From: Planctomycetota bacterium
GTDB lineage: Bacteria; Planctomycetota; UBA1135
Direction of reading: 5' to 3'
Length of the DNA stretch: 42,377 nucleotides
NCBI GenBank assembly: GCA_045047305.1
Contig: JASFYO010000058.1
Span: 1 to 42,377, forward strand
The notes below the pieces were generated by a model. It ran no database searches. It saw nothing but the letters and a program-made list of their open reading frames with translations, and was not told the DNA's origin. Position 1 is the stretch's first letter. Each line of letters starts with the position of its first letter. Below, piece by piece: positions 17,590-27,464 of the stretch. The position numbers and the translations under genes are program-made.

Positions 17590-20417
17590 GTATGCCGCAA
17601 CGTATTTTTCTCGGCTGGGATAGCCCAACCTTGGAACGCGCAGCCGATTGGCTGTTAGAAAAGTTTGGCGAACAACTTGGTGAAGTGACCATGGTGCTGC
17701 CTGGCCGACGCGCCGGGCGGCGCTTGATGGAATTGCTGTCGGAGCGTGCGCCACTCCATTGGACTCCGCCAACCTTCTCCACCTTGGCGCAGGTTTCCGA
17801 TCAACTCACGCCGTGGACTTTGGCCCGAGCCGGCGATCCGTTGCGCAATCTTGCATGGATTGCAGCGCTGCAAGAAATTTCTGCCGAGGCGATGCAGGAT
17901 TTAATCCCGCATGCGCCTCTATCCAAAGACTTGGATGCCTGGTGGCCAGTTGCAGAAATGCTGCGTACCCTACATTCGGAACTTGCAGCGGAGGCACTTT
18001 CGTTTCACGATGTTTTGCAAAAGGCCAATGCGGAAGATCAGCCTCGTTGGGAAGTTCTCGCAAAAGTGCAGGACCGCTTTGCTGAAATACTGCAGCAGTG
18101 CGATAGCGCTGACCCGCACCTAATGCGCCTGCGCACGCTCCATAATGGCGTAGTCAAGGACTTGCCCGGCTCGATTGTTATTCTCGGCTTGCCAGAAGCC
18201 AACGCACTACAACGTGGCATGTTGCAATTGATGCAGCAACCGTGGACGTCCTTGATCGCAGCGCCAATAGAACTTGCAGATCATTTTGATGATTTTGGTT
18301 TTGTCATTCCTGCACTCTGGGAACAACGACCACTTAGCATCGAACAGAATCGCGTCACCATTTGCGCCGACGCCAAGCAGCAAGCAGAGAAGGTCTTGGA
18401 GCGCTTGCGCAAGTCACGTGGTGAATTTGCCGCAGAAGAAATCACCTTAGGCGTTTTAGAAGAGGCACACCTTCCAGCTTTGGAATCTGTGCTAGCACGA
18501 GAGGGAGTTGGCGTACACGCTCCGACTGGCTTACATGGATCCCGAACGCCATTAGCGCATTTACTTCAGGTGGTCGCTGCATGGTTGCAGAACCCACAGG
18601 CGGAAGAGTTGGCGTCGGTACTGCGCCATGTCGACATAGAGTCGTGCCTGAGCCATGAATTAGAGAAGCCCGTGGATGCAGCGGCGTTGGATGCTTACCG
18701 CAGCGAACACCTTTCTCTACAGGCCGGACCGCACTGGTTAAGCCCTAACCAGAAACGCAAAGTTTCCATCGCGCAACACAAGACTCTTCATGCCCAATTC
18801 AAGAGCGCCTGGAGACTCACTGAAGATTTGCGCTGCCCGGCTATGCCGCCAAAGGAGTGGGCGCCGGTACTCGTTTCTTGGCTTTCCAAAATGTATGCAT
18901 CGCGGGAACTTGACCGCAGTCAAGAATCTGACCGACGTCTTGGCAGTGCGATGGAATCTTGCGCCAACATTCTGCAAGCTTGGAACACACTGCCAGAAAA
19001 GGGACCTACAACCTTTCGTCTGACTGGCGCGGAGGCCTTGCGATTATTGCTACGGGATTTATCTGCAATGGAAGTACCGCCCGGGCGCTCCGAGGCGACT
19101 TCCATGGATGCCATCGGTTGGTTAGAACTGCCACTTGATGATGCTCCCGCCCTCATCATCACCGACTTCCAAGAAGGGAATGCTCCGGCAACCCTGCAAG
19201 GCAGTGCGCTTTTGCATGCAAATTTGCGTAAGCATTTAAACATGCCAGACGATGCAAAACGTTGGGCACGGGATCGTTACCTGGTCGAGTGGTTGTTGGC
19301 ATCGCGAGGCGAGGGAGACTGGCCGCACATTTACCTTTGCCGCAACAAGATTGACGGCTCTCCTCTTCAGCCCAGCAGATTTTTGTTTTTAGGGGAGGAG
19401 AAGCAGATCATCGAGCAAAGTTGCGCCTTGTTTGCTAGTGAATCCGAAGTCAACGGGAGCGAGGGCCATGAACTGCCATCGCCAACCAATCTTCCAGGTC
19501 CGAGGAAGGGTTTGGAATTTGAAACCGATGTATTTTCCTGCTCGCGCTTGAATGGATACCTCGCTTCGCCCTACTCCTACTATCTCAACCACGTCCTTGG
19601 GTTGACCGATAGTGATGATCGCGCTCGCGAGCTGGATCCCTTACATTTTGGAATTCTTTTGCACGATGTATTAGAGCGCTTTGGAGCCGACGAAACCTTG
19701 CGCCAACTTCAAGATGAAGAAGAAATTCGTAAATCTGTAGTTGCTCTACTTCATCAAGAAGCGGCGCAGCGTTACGGCGACCATCCTCGCTCCTTGGTCA
19801 AGCTGCAACTAATGCAAGCAGAGCACCGACTGGCGTTGTTTGCCAAGGAGCAAGCGCTTGTCCGTGAAGACGGGTGGGAAATCCATGCCGTCGAATGGTC
19901 GCCAGAAGGGGAATCCGTACCGTTGGAATTCGAAGGCGTCTCCTTTCGCGTGCGCGGTCGCATCGATCGCATCGACCGTCGTGACCTTAGAGGTGTTGTG
20001 GAATGGCGCATCATCGATTACAAAAGCGGCGATAAAAAGCGCAAGAAGGGTGATTGTTGGATGAAGGTGAAGAAGCAGTGGAAAGACATCCAACTTGCGA
20101 TCTATCCTTACTTGGCCCGTGGCATCACTGGAGGGCGCGGCCCTGCCACAGAAGGCGATACAGTTTCCGTGGTGTACTGGAATCTTGGCGCGCATGAAAG
20201 CAGTCATGGCATGGATGGGTTCCATCTCGACGAAGACATGCTTGCCGCTTTGGAGACGCAACTCGCAGAAGCCGTGCGCGGCATTCGGAACGCTGAGTTC
20301 TTTCATGAGGGGCAGCCGAAGCGTCACCGCAGTGCATTCGTCATGCGCTGCATGGGAGAGGGCTTACTGGCCTCCACCGATGCTGGCGAAGAAGATACTG
20401 AGGAGGAAGTGTCGTGA
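17586..20417 (+). CDS. addB: AddB-like subunit (inactive helicase domain plus PD-(D/E)XK nuclease)
   Basis: LPGRRAGRRL N-terminus, FGILLHDVLE, RGRIDRID, IIDYKSG, IQLAIY. Directly upstream of and overlapping addA. Confidence 0.88.
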   Translation: MSMPQRIFLGWDSPTLERAADWLLEKFGEQLGEVTMVLPGRRAGRRLMELLSERAPLHWTPPTFSTLAQVSDQLTPWTLARAGDPLRNLAWIAALQEISAEAMQDLIPHAPLSKDLDAWWPVAEMLRTLHSELAAEALSFHDVLQKANAEDQPRWEVLAKVQDRFAEILQQCDSADPHLMRLRTLHNGVVKDLPGSIVILGLPEANALQRGMLQLMQQPWTSLIAAPIELADHFDDFGFVIPALWEQRPLSIEQNRVTICADAKQQAEKVLERLRKSRGEFAAEEITLGVLEEAHLPALESVLAREGVGVHAPTGLHGSRTPLAHLLQVVAAWLQNPQAEELASVLRHVDIESCLSHELEKPVDAAALDAYRSEHLSLQAGPHWLSPNQKRKVSIAQHKTLHAQFKSAWRLTEDLRCPAMPPKEWAPVLVSWLSKMYASRELDRSQESDRRLGSAMESCANILQAWNTLPEKGPTTFRLTGAEALRLLLRDLSAMEVPPGRSEATSMDAIGWLELPLDDAPALIITDFQEGNAPATLQGSALLHANLRKHLNMPDDAKRWARDRYLVEWLLASRGEGDWPHIYLCRNKIDGSPLQPSRFLFLGEEKQIIEQSCALFASESEVNGSEGHELPSPTNLPGPRKGLEFETDVFSCSRLNGYLASPYSYYLNHVLGLTDSDDRARELDPLHFGILLHDVLERFGADETLRQLQDEEEIRKSVVALLHQEAAQRYGDHPRSLVKLQLMQAEHRLALFAKEQALVREDGWEIHAVEWSPEGESVPLEFEGVSFRVRGRIDRIDRRDLRGVVEWRIIDYKSGDKKRKKGDCWMKVKKQWKDIQLAIYPYLARGITGGRGPATEGDTVSVVYWNLGAHESSHGMDGFHLDEDMLAALETQLAEAVRGIRNAEFFHEGQPKRHRSAFVMRCMGEGLLASTDAGEEDTEEEVS

Positions 20418-23400
20418 GCTTGCCGCCAAGCTTGCGTTCCTCCGTCTTGTTGGCGTCGGCGGGCACAGGAAAAACATTCCAGCTTTCCAACCGATACTTG
20501 GGATTGGTTTTACACGGTGCCCCGGTAGAGGAAATTTTAGCCTCTACCTTTACCCGCAAGGCTGCCGGCGAAATCTTGGACTCGATCCTCGGACGCTTGG
20601 CCAAAGCATGTGCTGATGAAAACGCACGACAAGAACTTGCTGTTTTCTTGGGTATCCAAGGTGAGTGGTCTCAGGCCGATGCCGTAGAACTCTTGCGCAC
20701 TTTGCTGCGACGCCTACCACAACTTCAAGTTGGAACGCTGGATAGTTGGTTTCAGAAGCAAGTCGGCGCGGCTGCCTTGGATTTGGGCTTACCTTTCGGG
20801 TGGCGCTTGGCCGACATTCTCGATCAAAAGGATTTGCACCAACAGGCGGTCGAGAAAACCTTGAGCGATCTACCGCCACGGCAAACCAATGAACTGCTCG
20901 CATCTCTGCAAAGTGGACGCCAAGGGCGCAGTGTCCTGAAGAAGACAGAGGATGAATTGGAATTGGCCTCCAAATGTTGGGAGGCCTGTGGTGAGAATCT
21001 TGCCGCATGGGAATTGCTTGCCGATGTAATGCCACCCAGCGAAGAGGCCATGCTGCAAACGGTTGATCTTCTGCGCAACTATGTCATCCCCACCACTGCC
21101 AAGGGTGCGCCAAACAAGAACTGGAAGAATGCCTTAGACCGATGCATCCTGGCGGCGGAATCGCGTGACTGGGTTGCCATCATGCAGGGCGGATTTATGG
21201 AAAAGCTTGCCAACGGGGAAGAGAAATTCTCAGGCAAAGAGATAGAGCCCACCACCCTACGACCGATTCTCGACGTCGCTGCGCGCGCCATTCTGCATGA
21301 CTTTCATTTGGGTACTTGTGCCATGCGCGATCTCGCTGCAAGGTATGCGGGAAACCGCGCAGGCCTGCAGGAAGAATCTTGCCTGCTTGGTTACGACGAC
21401 TTCCCCAAACGCCTTGCGGCTTGCGACCCCCAAGATAGGGATCGATTCGTAGAACGTTTAGGTGCCACCTCGAAGCACTTGTTACTCGACGAGTTCCAGG
21501 ACACTAGTGTCGGGCAGTGGAGGGCGCTGGAGCATCCGGCGAATCATTCTGTCGCAGCCGAAGCCAAGGACGGAAGCGGAAGCCTATTCGTGGTGGGCGA
21601 TGGTAAACAAAGCATTTACGGATTCCGCGAAGGAGAACCGCGGCTGCTTCATGGGATCAGCGAGTGGTATGGAATTGAAGCCAAGCAAATGGCGGTGAAC
21701 TATCGCTCCGCACAAACGGTGTTGGATGCCGTGAACCATACTTTCACTGGAATTTCCGAAGCGTATGACCTCGGCGACTCCAAGGTCCTTAGCCTTGGCC
21801 TACACCCGTGGAAGGAATATCCCGAGCACATGGCTAACCGCAAAGAAAGCGGGTCCGCTCGGGTGATCGAGGTGAATGGAGATCGTCCAGACACAGGCGC
21901 AGATACTGAGGCCACAATTATTTCGCGCGTGACTGACCTCTATTGTCAAAACCCAACGCAGCGCATTGGGGTTTTGGTGCACAGCAATAAATCGGTCGCG
22001 CGTTTGCTTGCACAACTTACTGCGCGTTTCATTCCAGCGTGTGCTGCTGGCGGTAACCCATTGGTGGACGCACACGCGGTCGACGTCACCCTCTCCATGT
22101 TCCAGCTTGCTGACCATCCAGGCGATACCGAAGCTTGGTTTCATGTGGCCACTTCTCCACTGGCGGATTTCTGGAAAGTCCAGTTTCAACCCGGAGATTC
22201 GTTAAGTACCGATGCGCGTAAGTTATCTCGTCGCATCCGCAAACGTTTACTGCAAGATGGGTACGGCGATCTCCTACACAAAATACATCATCACCTTTGC
22301 CAAGCAGAGGCCTTTGATCCGTGGAACTTGCAACGCTTTGGCCAGCTAGTTGAGCTAGGCCGCACTTGGGATGCCCGCAGTGACTTACGACCATCGCGTT
22401 TTTCTGACATGGTTAGGGAACAACGCGTTGCATCCATGCATGCTGGCAAGGTGGAAGTCATGACCGTGCACCAGTCCAAGGGCTTGGACTTCGATACTTG
22501 CGTGGTATGGGTGAAAGCTGGAACCCGCCGCCCCGCCGCCCTATTTGCAAGCCGGCCTGATCCACGCAAACACGCAACTGGTGTGGGCAGAAACCCGTCT
22601 GCGGCAACCCTCTTGCTTGCCGAGCACTTACATCAGGATCGATTTCTCGACGCTTTCTACACTAAGGAATCGGGCGATCTCAATGAAATGCTTTGCGTGT
22701 TGTATGTGAGCATGACGCGTGCCAAATTTCACTTGGAACTTATCCTCCCAACACCAGCCGCCAATCCCAAGCATCAGCGCCATTGGATTCGCGCTGCCGA
22801 TGTGGTTCGTCGCATGTTAGTGACGCAAGCCTCCCCTGCCGAGCTACCTGATGCCGAGCCACATGACCCCTGGAAAGTAGTTTGGCAAACTCACGATTTT
22901 GTCTCTTCGCACAACACCCAGGCTTTGGCTGCTCCACGCATTGGAGATGAAGCTCCGACCCAAGCCACTGCGGCTGCCGCTCCCCTTTTCGCCGAAAGTA
23001 ATAGCACGCGGTCACTTCCGCGATGGACCCCATCTTCCGCTGAAAAAGAAGGCGGTGTCATTGCCGCATCCTCGCTGTTCGCCGATGCCTCCGGTTCTGC
23101 CCGACGTCGCGGCACCGCCATCCACCGCTTGTTCGAAGACATTGTGTGGCTTGAGGATTATGCGCCAGACAAATCGGCCTGTAAGTTTGCTTTGATGCAA
23201 CTGCATCCGGCGCCATCGGCCAGCGAAGCTTCACAGTGGATAAAGGGCTTTGAGCAGTGCATAGCGCAACCGGGCGTGGTGCAAGCCATGTCGAAACCAA
23301 AGGACCTCCCCACCGACAGTGAACTTGAAGTCTTGCGCGAACGTCCCTTCGCGGTAAAGACCATCGACTCCCACGGTGCGACAGTCATTTTGCAGGGCAT

Positions 23401-23617
23401 TTACGACCGCGTAGTTTTGCATCGCGAGGCCAGCAAAGTATGCGCTGCTGAAGTTATCGATTTCAAAACAGGAACCGCGCCGAAAGACGGAATCATCCCA
23501 GAGACCTACCAGCTGCAACTCGATGCCTACCGCAGGGCTTTGTGCGTGCAGCATGAGCTAGAGACGAACGCGGTAGTGTGCCGACTACTGTATGTAGATT
23601 CCGGCGTACTTATATAG
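20414..23617 (+). CDS. addA: AddA/RecB-like UvrD helicase-nuclease
   Basis: ASAGTGKT, TFTRKAAGE, LLDEFQDTS, VGDGKQSIYGFR, NYRS, MTVHQSKGL, LYVSMTRAK. Nuclease motifs RGTAIH, GIYDR, IDFKTG, YQLQL..Y. Confidence 0.92.
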   Translation: MSLPPSLRSSVLLASAGTGKTFQLSNRYLGLVLHGAPVEEILASTFTRKAAGEILDSILGRLAKACADENARQELAVFLGIQGEWSQADAVELLRTLLRRLPQLQVGTLDSWFQKQVGAAALDLGLPFGWRLADILDQKDLHQQAVEKTLSDLPPRQTNELLASLQSGRQGRSVLKKTEDELELASKCWEACGENLAAWELLADVMPPSEEAMLQTVDLLRNYVIPTTAKGAPNKNWKNALDRCILAAESRDWVAIMQGGFMEKLANGEEKFSGKEIEPTTLRPILDVAARAILHDFHLGTCAMRDLAARYAGNRAGLQEESCLLGYDDFPKRLAACDPQDRDRFVERLGATSKHLLLDEFQDTSVGQWRALEHPANHSVAAEAKDGSGSLFVVGDGKQSIYGFREGEPRLLHGISEWYGIEAKQMAVNYRSAQTVLDAVNHTFTGISEAYDLGDSKVLSLGLHPWKEYPEHMANRKESGSARVIEVNGDRPDTGADTEATIISRVTDLYCQNPTQRIGVLVHSNKSVARLLAQLTARFIPACAAGGNPLVDAHAVDVTLSMFQLADHPGDTEAWFHVATSPLADFWKVQFQPGDSLSTDARKLSRRIRKRLLQDGYGDLLHKIHHHLCQAEAFDPWNLQRFGQLVELGRTWDARSDLRPSRFSDMVREQRVASMHAGKVEVMTVHQSKGLDFDTCVVWVKAGTRRPAALFASRPDPRKHATGVGRNPSAATLLLAEHLHQDRFLDAFYTKESGDLNEMLCVLYVSMTRAKFHLELILPTPAANPKHQRHWIRAADVVRRMLVTQASPAELPDAEPHDPWKVVWQTHDFVSSHNTQALAAPRIGDEAPTQATAAAAPLFAESNSTRSLPRWTPSSAEKEGGVIAASSLFADASGSARRRGTAIHRLFEDIVWLEDYAPDKSACKFALMQLHPAPSASEASQWIKGFEQCIAQPGVVQAMSKPKDLPTDSELEVLRERPFAVKTIDSHGATVILQGIYDRVVLHREASKVCAAEVIDFKTGTAPKDGIIPETYQLQLDAYRRALCVQHELETNAVVCRLLYVDSGVLI

Positions 23618-23732
23618 CCGACACTACGAAAAGCATGATGCACAGAAAGATCATCGCCCAGTAGAGTTTGCGGCTAACGCCTAAGCGCAAAGCCATGTAG
23701 ATATGTGCGTATTCCGTGGGTGAAGCGCCCAT
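23610..23732 (-). CDS. Possible 40-aa single-TM small protein (not in the ORF track)
   Basis: Manual translation MGASPTEYAHIYMALRLGVSRKLYWAMIFLCIMLFVVSAI*, with RK followed by about 18 hydrophobic residues. It fills the addA-rlu gap and has no clear RBS. Confidence 0.35.
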   Translation of the reverse strand: MGASPTEYAHIYMALRLGVSRKLYWAMIFLCIMLFVVSAI

Positions 23733-23834
23733 GGTTTTCTTATGCAATGCAGGGGACAATGAAAGTCGCTTCTGCAGAATCCGCCGGCAAGCTCTTCTAG
23801 CAAAAGCGTTGCATGCGAATCTGAAGAGGGTGCC

Positions 23835-24899
23835 CTAATCTTCCCGCGACGCCGCTTCCAAAATACTCGGCCACAGCGGAGCTTCCAACTCCATCAAAGC
23901 ACCTGTAAACGGATGCTCGAAAGCGAGCTTCCACGAATGCAGGGCTTGATGATCCATATCCAGCAACAAGCGGTCTTCATCCGTCAAAGTTTTCTGAATG
24001 TTGCGCAGGAACAAAGCATCGCCGCCTAGGTAAAGCTTGTCGCCCACAATCGGGTATCCAATTGCAGCAAGGTGCACGCGAAGTTGGTGTTGACGTCCGG
24101 TTTGCGGATACAACTCCACCAGAGTGCGTTTCTCTAAACGTTTCCGCACTTTCCACTTGGTGACCGACTTCCAGCCATCGCCATCTTTCTGCACCCCAAT
24201 GCGCAGACGCACTTCCGAATCGAAGTCCTTGCCAAGCGGGAGGTCGATGACACCCTCGTCTTCTTCCATGACTCCCTCAACCAAAGCGAGATAAGCCTTC
24301 TTCACCGTGCGCGCCTCAAACTGTCGGCCCATGCGCGTGCGGCTTAGCTGATCCTTTGCCGCAAGGACCAAACCAGTGGTTTCGCGATCCAAACGGTGGC
24401 ACAAGGTTGGCATGTCTTGCGTTTTCCCATACAGCGCCGTGTGGCGCACATGGATCTGCTGAATCACCGAGTCCAAAAGATGCCCATGCGATGGATGGAT
24501 ATTCATTCCCGGCTGCTTACTCACCGCGATGAGCTGGTCATCTTCATACACCACCACGAGATCAGTGGGATCCTCGCCATCGGCTGGCTCTTCGTGATCT
24601 TCGTGACCTGGCGCATCCAAACGCACCACGACCTCTTGCCCGGTGCGCAACTTTAAGCCGGAACGAATGCGGCCGACCTCAGCTTGTTGCGGATCTTTGT
24701 GTGGTAATACCGTCACTGCACCCTCTTCAATCATGCGCTTGATGCCAGTGCGCGAACGCCAATCCAAACGCCCGGACAAAAATCCATCCAAACGCTCGCC
24801 GCTTTCTGGACTTCCGATTTCAAAACGCCACTCTTGATACGGCAAACTCAAATCGCGTTGACCGCGACGACGTTTACGTTCTGGAAGTGGACGTGCCAT
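23835..24899 (-). CDS. RluA-family 23S rRNA pseudouridine synthase (RluD-like, with S4-like domain)
   Basis: RLDGFL...SRT, VYED...KQPG..IHP, catalytic HRLDRETTG, KAYLALV, TGRQHQLRVHL..IGYPIVGDKLY, QALH. ATG at 24899. Confidence 0.93.
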   Translation of the reverse strand: MARPLPERKRRRGQRDLSLPYQEWRFEIGSPESGERLDGFLSGRLDWRSRTGIKRMIEEGAVTVLPHKDPQQAEVGRIRSGLKLRTGQEVVVRLDAPGHEDHEEPADGEDPTDLVVVYEDDQLIAVSKQPGMNIHPSHGHLLDSVIQQIHVRHTALYGKTQDMPTLCHRLDRETTGLVLAAKDQLSRTRMGRQFEARTVKKAYLALVEGVMEEDEGVIDLPLGKDFDSEVRLRIGVQKDGDGWKSVTKWKVRKRLEKRTLVELYPQTGRQHQLRVHLAAIGYPIVGDKLYLGGDALFLRNIQKTLTDEDRLLLDMDHQALHSWKLAFEHPFTGALMELEAPLWPSILEAASRED

Positions 24900-24903
24900 G
24901 TGC

Positions 24904-24942
24904 AAAAAAGAAAAGCCTCAGCGCACGCGGCACTGAGGCTTT
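24904..24942 (-). terminator. Rho-independent terminator after rpsU
   Basis: Minus strand AAAGCCTCAGTGC-CGCGT-GCGCTGAGGCTTT followed by TCTTTTTT. Confidence 0.88.
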
Positions 24943-24961
24943 ATTGGAACCAAACCGCTAC

Positions 24962-25168
24962 TTAGAAGCGGGCGTTGCGACGGATACGCTCCGCGCGCTT
25001 AATGGTCTGCATGCGCTCTTTCTTCTCGAGGCGGCGTGCGGTGGTCGGCTTGGTGAAAAAGGAACGCTCCTTCATGGAAGTGAATAGCCCAGACTGATTA
25101 CACTGACGCTTAAAGCGACGGAGTGCGGCTTCTAGGGACTCGTTCGGACGGACTTGGACCTTGATCAT
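24962..25168 (-). CDS. rpsU: 30S ribosomal protein S21
   Basis: VQVRPNESLEAALRRFKRQC...G...ERSFFTKPT..RR; basic 68-aa protein. Confidence 0.96.
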   Translation of the reverse strand: MIKVQVRPNESLEAALRRFKRQCNQSGLFTSMKERSFFTKPTTARRLEKKERMQTIKRAERIRRNARF

Positions 25169-25261
25169 CTACAAAAACTTCTTTGGTTTCTTACCGGGTA
25201 CCCGGTTTCGGGCCGAATAGTCTATCGGCCTCCCTGGATTCCGTCCACAGCTCCTCGAACC

Positions 25262-27460
25262 TTGTCTGCCAGATTTACGAATTCCCCTGATGCCTCCGAC
25301 TCCCATGAGTCGATCGAGGGCCAGGTCGTCGCCATTATCTTCCATAGTGAGGACAGTGGGTTCGCTGTTATCAGCCTTTTGGTCGATACCGACGGCACCC
25401 CCAAGGCCACCACCGCAGCCGGCAAACTTGGCCAAGTCCATGAAGGCGAGTTTCTTAAACTCCATGGCCGCTGGAAGGAGCATCCTAAATTTGGCAAGCA
25501 ATTCCAGGCCCAGTGGTCGGAACATACTAGTCCCACAACACTTACAGGACTCGAAAAATATCTCGGGAGCGGGGCATTCCCCGGTGTTGGCGCTGACATG
25601 GCCAAACGTTTGGTTGCCCACTTTGGCGAACATACGCTGAAAAACCTGGAAGGCAGTTCCGAGAACCTCATGTTGGTCCCTGGGATCGGCCCGAAACGCG
25701 CCGAAGCCTTGGCAGCTGGATTCCGTGAAGGACGAGATCGGCACCGTGTGCTTTCTGAGCTCCGAGGCTTTGGCTTGTCATCTAACCATACCGGGGCCTT
25801 GTATGAACGCTGGGGAGCTGCGGCAGTAGAGAAGGTGAAAGAGGATCCATACGCCCTGGTTGGGGATTTACGCGGGGTCGGATTTCAAACCGCGGACCGC
25901 ATTGCCATCACCGTAGGCATTCCACGGGACAGCGCGGTGCGTGCACGTGGGGTGCTAGTTCATCTACTGCGCGAGGCCAGCCGCGAAGGCCATGTCTGCC
26001 TGCCAGAAAGGATGGTGCTGGAGAAGCTGGATCAACTCGGCCTCAGCCAAGATTCTGTAATCGAAGGAGTGCAAGGCGCAGTGCAAAGTGGCCGGGTCAT
26101 TTTGGTGAAACTAGACCCCACTGGCACCAATCCACAGGACCAAGCTTTTTATCTAGCCGAGTTGGAAGAAGCCGAAGCCGGCTTGGTGGAAGAAATCCAT
26201 CGTCTGCTTGAACCCAATGCCGATGCACTTGCCAGTCAAGACCAGGTGCTCAAGGCGATCGAACAAACTGAATTTCGCCCTGATGAAAGCCAACGCCTAG
26301 CATTGGAGATGGCGTTAAGCGCAAGCTTTTCGGTGATCACCGGCGGGCCTGGAACTGGAAAAACAACTACCCTCCGCTTGCTCTTGGACATCCTTGATCG
26401 AGTTGGTTCGGTTACGGTGAAACTTGCTTCCCCCACTGGACGTGCGGCGAAACGTTTACATGAAGCAACAGGGCGCGAGGCCGGCACCATACATCGCTTG
26501 CTGGGGTTTGATCCGGCACACGGGGGATTCCGCCACAACTCAGAGGACCAGTTGGTTCTAGATTATCTCATCATCGACGAGGTCTCGATGATGGATCTCC
26601 CCCTGGCCTATGACTTGCTGCAAGCGGTGCCAGATGGTGCGCGCGTTTTACTCGTGGGCGATGCCGACCAACTTCCATCGGTCGGACCAGGCGCGGTTTT
26701 GCGCGACTTGGTGGAAATCCAAACCATTGCAACGACACGCTTGCAACGCATTCATCGTCAAGGTGAAGACTCCGGCATCACCGAAGCTGCCCACGCAATC
26801 CTGCACGGTGCAATGCCGGTGTCCTCCAGCAGCGGGGACGGCCGTGGCGATTTCTTTGTCAGCTACCGCGAAGACCCGAACGAGGCATCCGACTTGGTCG
26901 AGCACATCATCGCCGATCGGATGCCCGCCAAGTACGAGATTGATCCACTCGAAGATTTACTCGTGCTTTCTCCTATGTACCGCGGTGTTCTAGGTGTCGA
27001 CGAATTAAACCAACGTTTAAGCGCACGCCTGAATCCAGACGGCAAGGGATTTGAGTGGGCAAAAGGTTTGCGCGTGGGCGACCGCATCATGGTAGTAAAA
27101 AATGATTACGACCGTGAAACTTTCAATGGCGATACCGGCGTGGTTACTTCCATCACCAAGGATGAATTAATCGCGGAAATCGATGGCTGGGTGCAATCCT
27201 ATGGCCCCGGCGACATCGATAACCTAATCCCCGCCTACTGCGTGACCGTTCACCGCTCGCAAGGTTCGGAATCACAAGCCGTACTCATCGTGCTCGGCAA
27301 TACGCATTACCCGATGCTGCGCCGTAATCTCCTTTACACCGCAGTCACGCGTGGCAAAGAGTTGGTGGTTTTAGTCACCAGCAAAAGTGCGCTGCGCCGT
27401 GCGGTGCAAAACGATCAAGAGAGTCTGCGCTACGGCGGTTTACGCGCGCGACTCAGTTAA
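25262..27460 (+). CDS. recD2: RecD2 (RecD/TraA-family) ATP-dependent DNA helicase
   Basis: N-terminal G.W..HPKFG.QF, HhH motifs (PGVG, VPGIGPK, GVGFQTAD), TGGPGTGKTT, SPTGRAAKRL, TIHRLL, IDEVSM, VGDADQLPSVGPG, FNGDTG, TVHRSQGSE, LYTAVTRGK. Start is uncertain: TTG 25262 chosen because the track start at 25154 overlaps rpsU. Confidence 0.93.
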   Translation: MSARFTNSPDASDSHESIEGQVVAIIFHSEDSGFAVISLLVDTDGTPKATTAAGKLGQVHEGEFLKLHGRWKEHPKFGKQFQAQWSEHTSPTTLTGLEKYLGSGAFPGVGADMAKRLVAHFGEHTLKNLEGSSENLMLVPGIGPKRAEALAAGFREGRDRHRVLSELRGFGLSSNHTGALYERWGAAAVEKVKEDPYALVGDLRGVGFQTADRIAITVGIPRDSAVRARGVLVHLLREASREGHVCLPERMVLEKLDQLGLSQDSVIEGVQGAVQSGRVILVKLDPTGTNPQDQAFYLAELEEAEAGLVEEIHRLLEPNADALASQDQVLKAIEQTEFRPDESQRLALEMALSASFSVITGGPGTGKTTTLRLLLDILDRVGSVTVKLASPTGRAAKRLHEATGREAGTIHRLLGFDPAHGGFRHNSEDQLVLDYLIIDEVSMMDLPLAYDLLQAVPDGARVLLVGDADQLPSVGPGAVLRDLVEIQTIATTRLQRIHRQGEDSGITEAAHAILHGAMPVSSSSGDGRGDFFVSYREDPNEASDLVEHIIADRMPAKYEIDPLEDLLVLSPMYRGVLGVDELNQRLSARLNPDGKGFEWAKGLRVGDRIMVVKNDYDRETFNGDTGVVTSITKDELIAEIDGWVQSYGPGDIDNLIPAYCVTVHRSQGSESQAVLIVLGNTHYPMLRRNLLYTAVTRGKELVVLVTSKSALRRAVQNDQESLRYGGLRARLS

Positions 27461-27464
27461 AACT

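Noticed and set aside
25154..25261. N-terminal extension of RecD2
   Set aside because: It overlaps the divergent rpsU start and promoter region and does not resemble RecD2.
17586..27460. Helicase/nuclease cluster as an anti-phage defence system
   Set aside because: Motifs and gene order fit housekeeping AddAB and RecD2, interspersed with rpsU and an Rlu gene.
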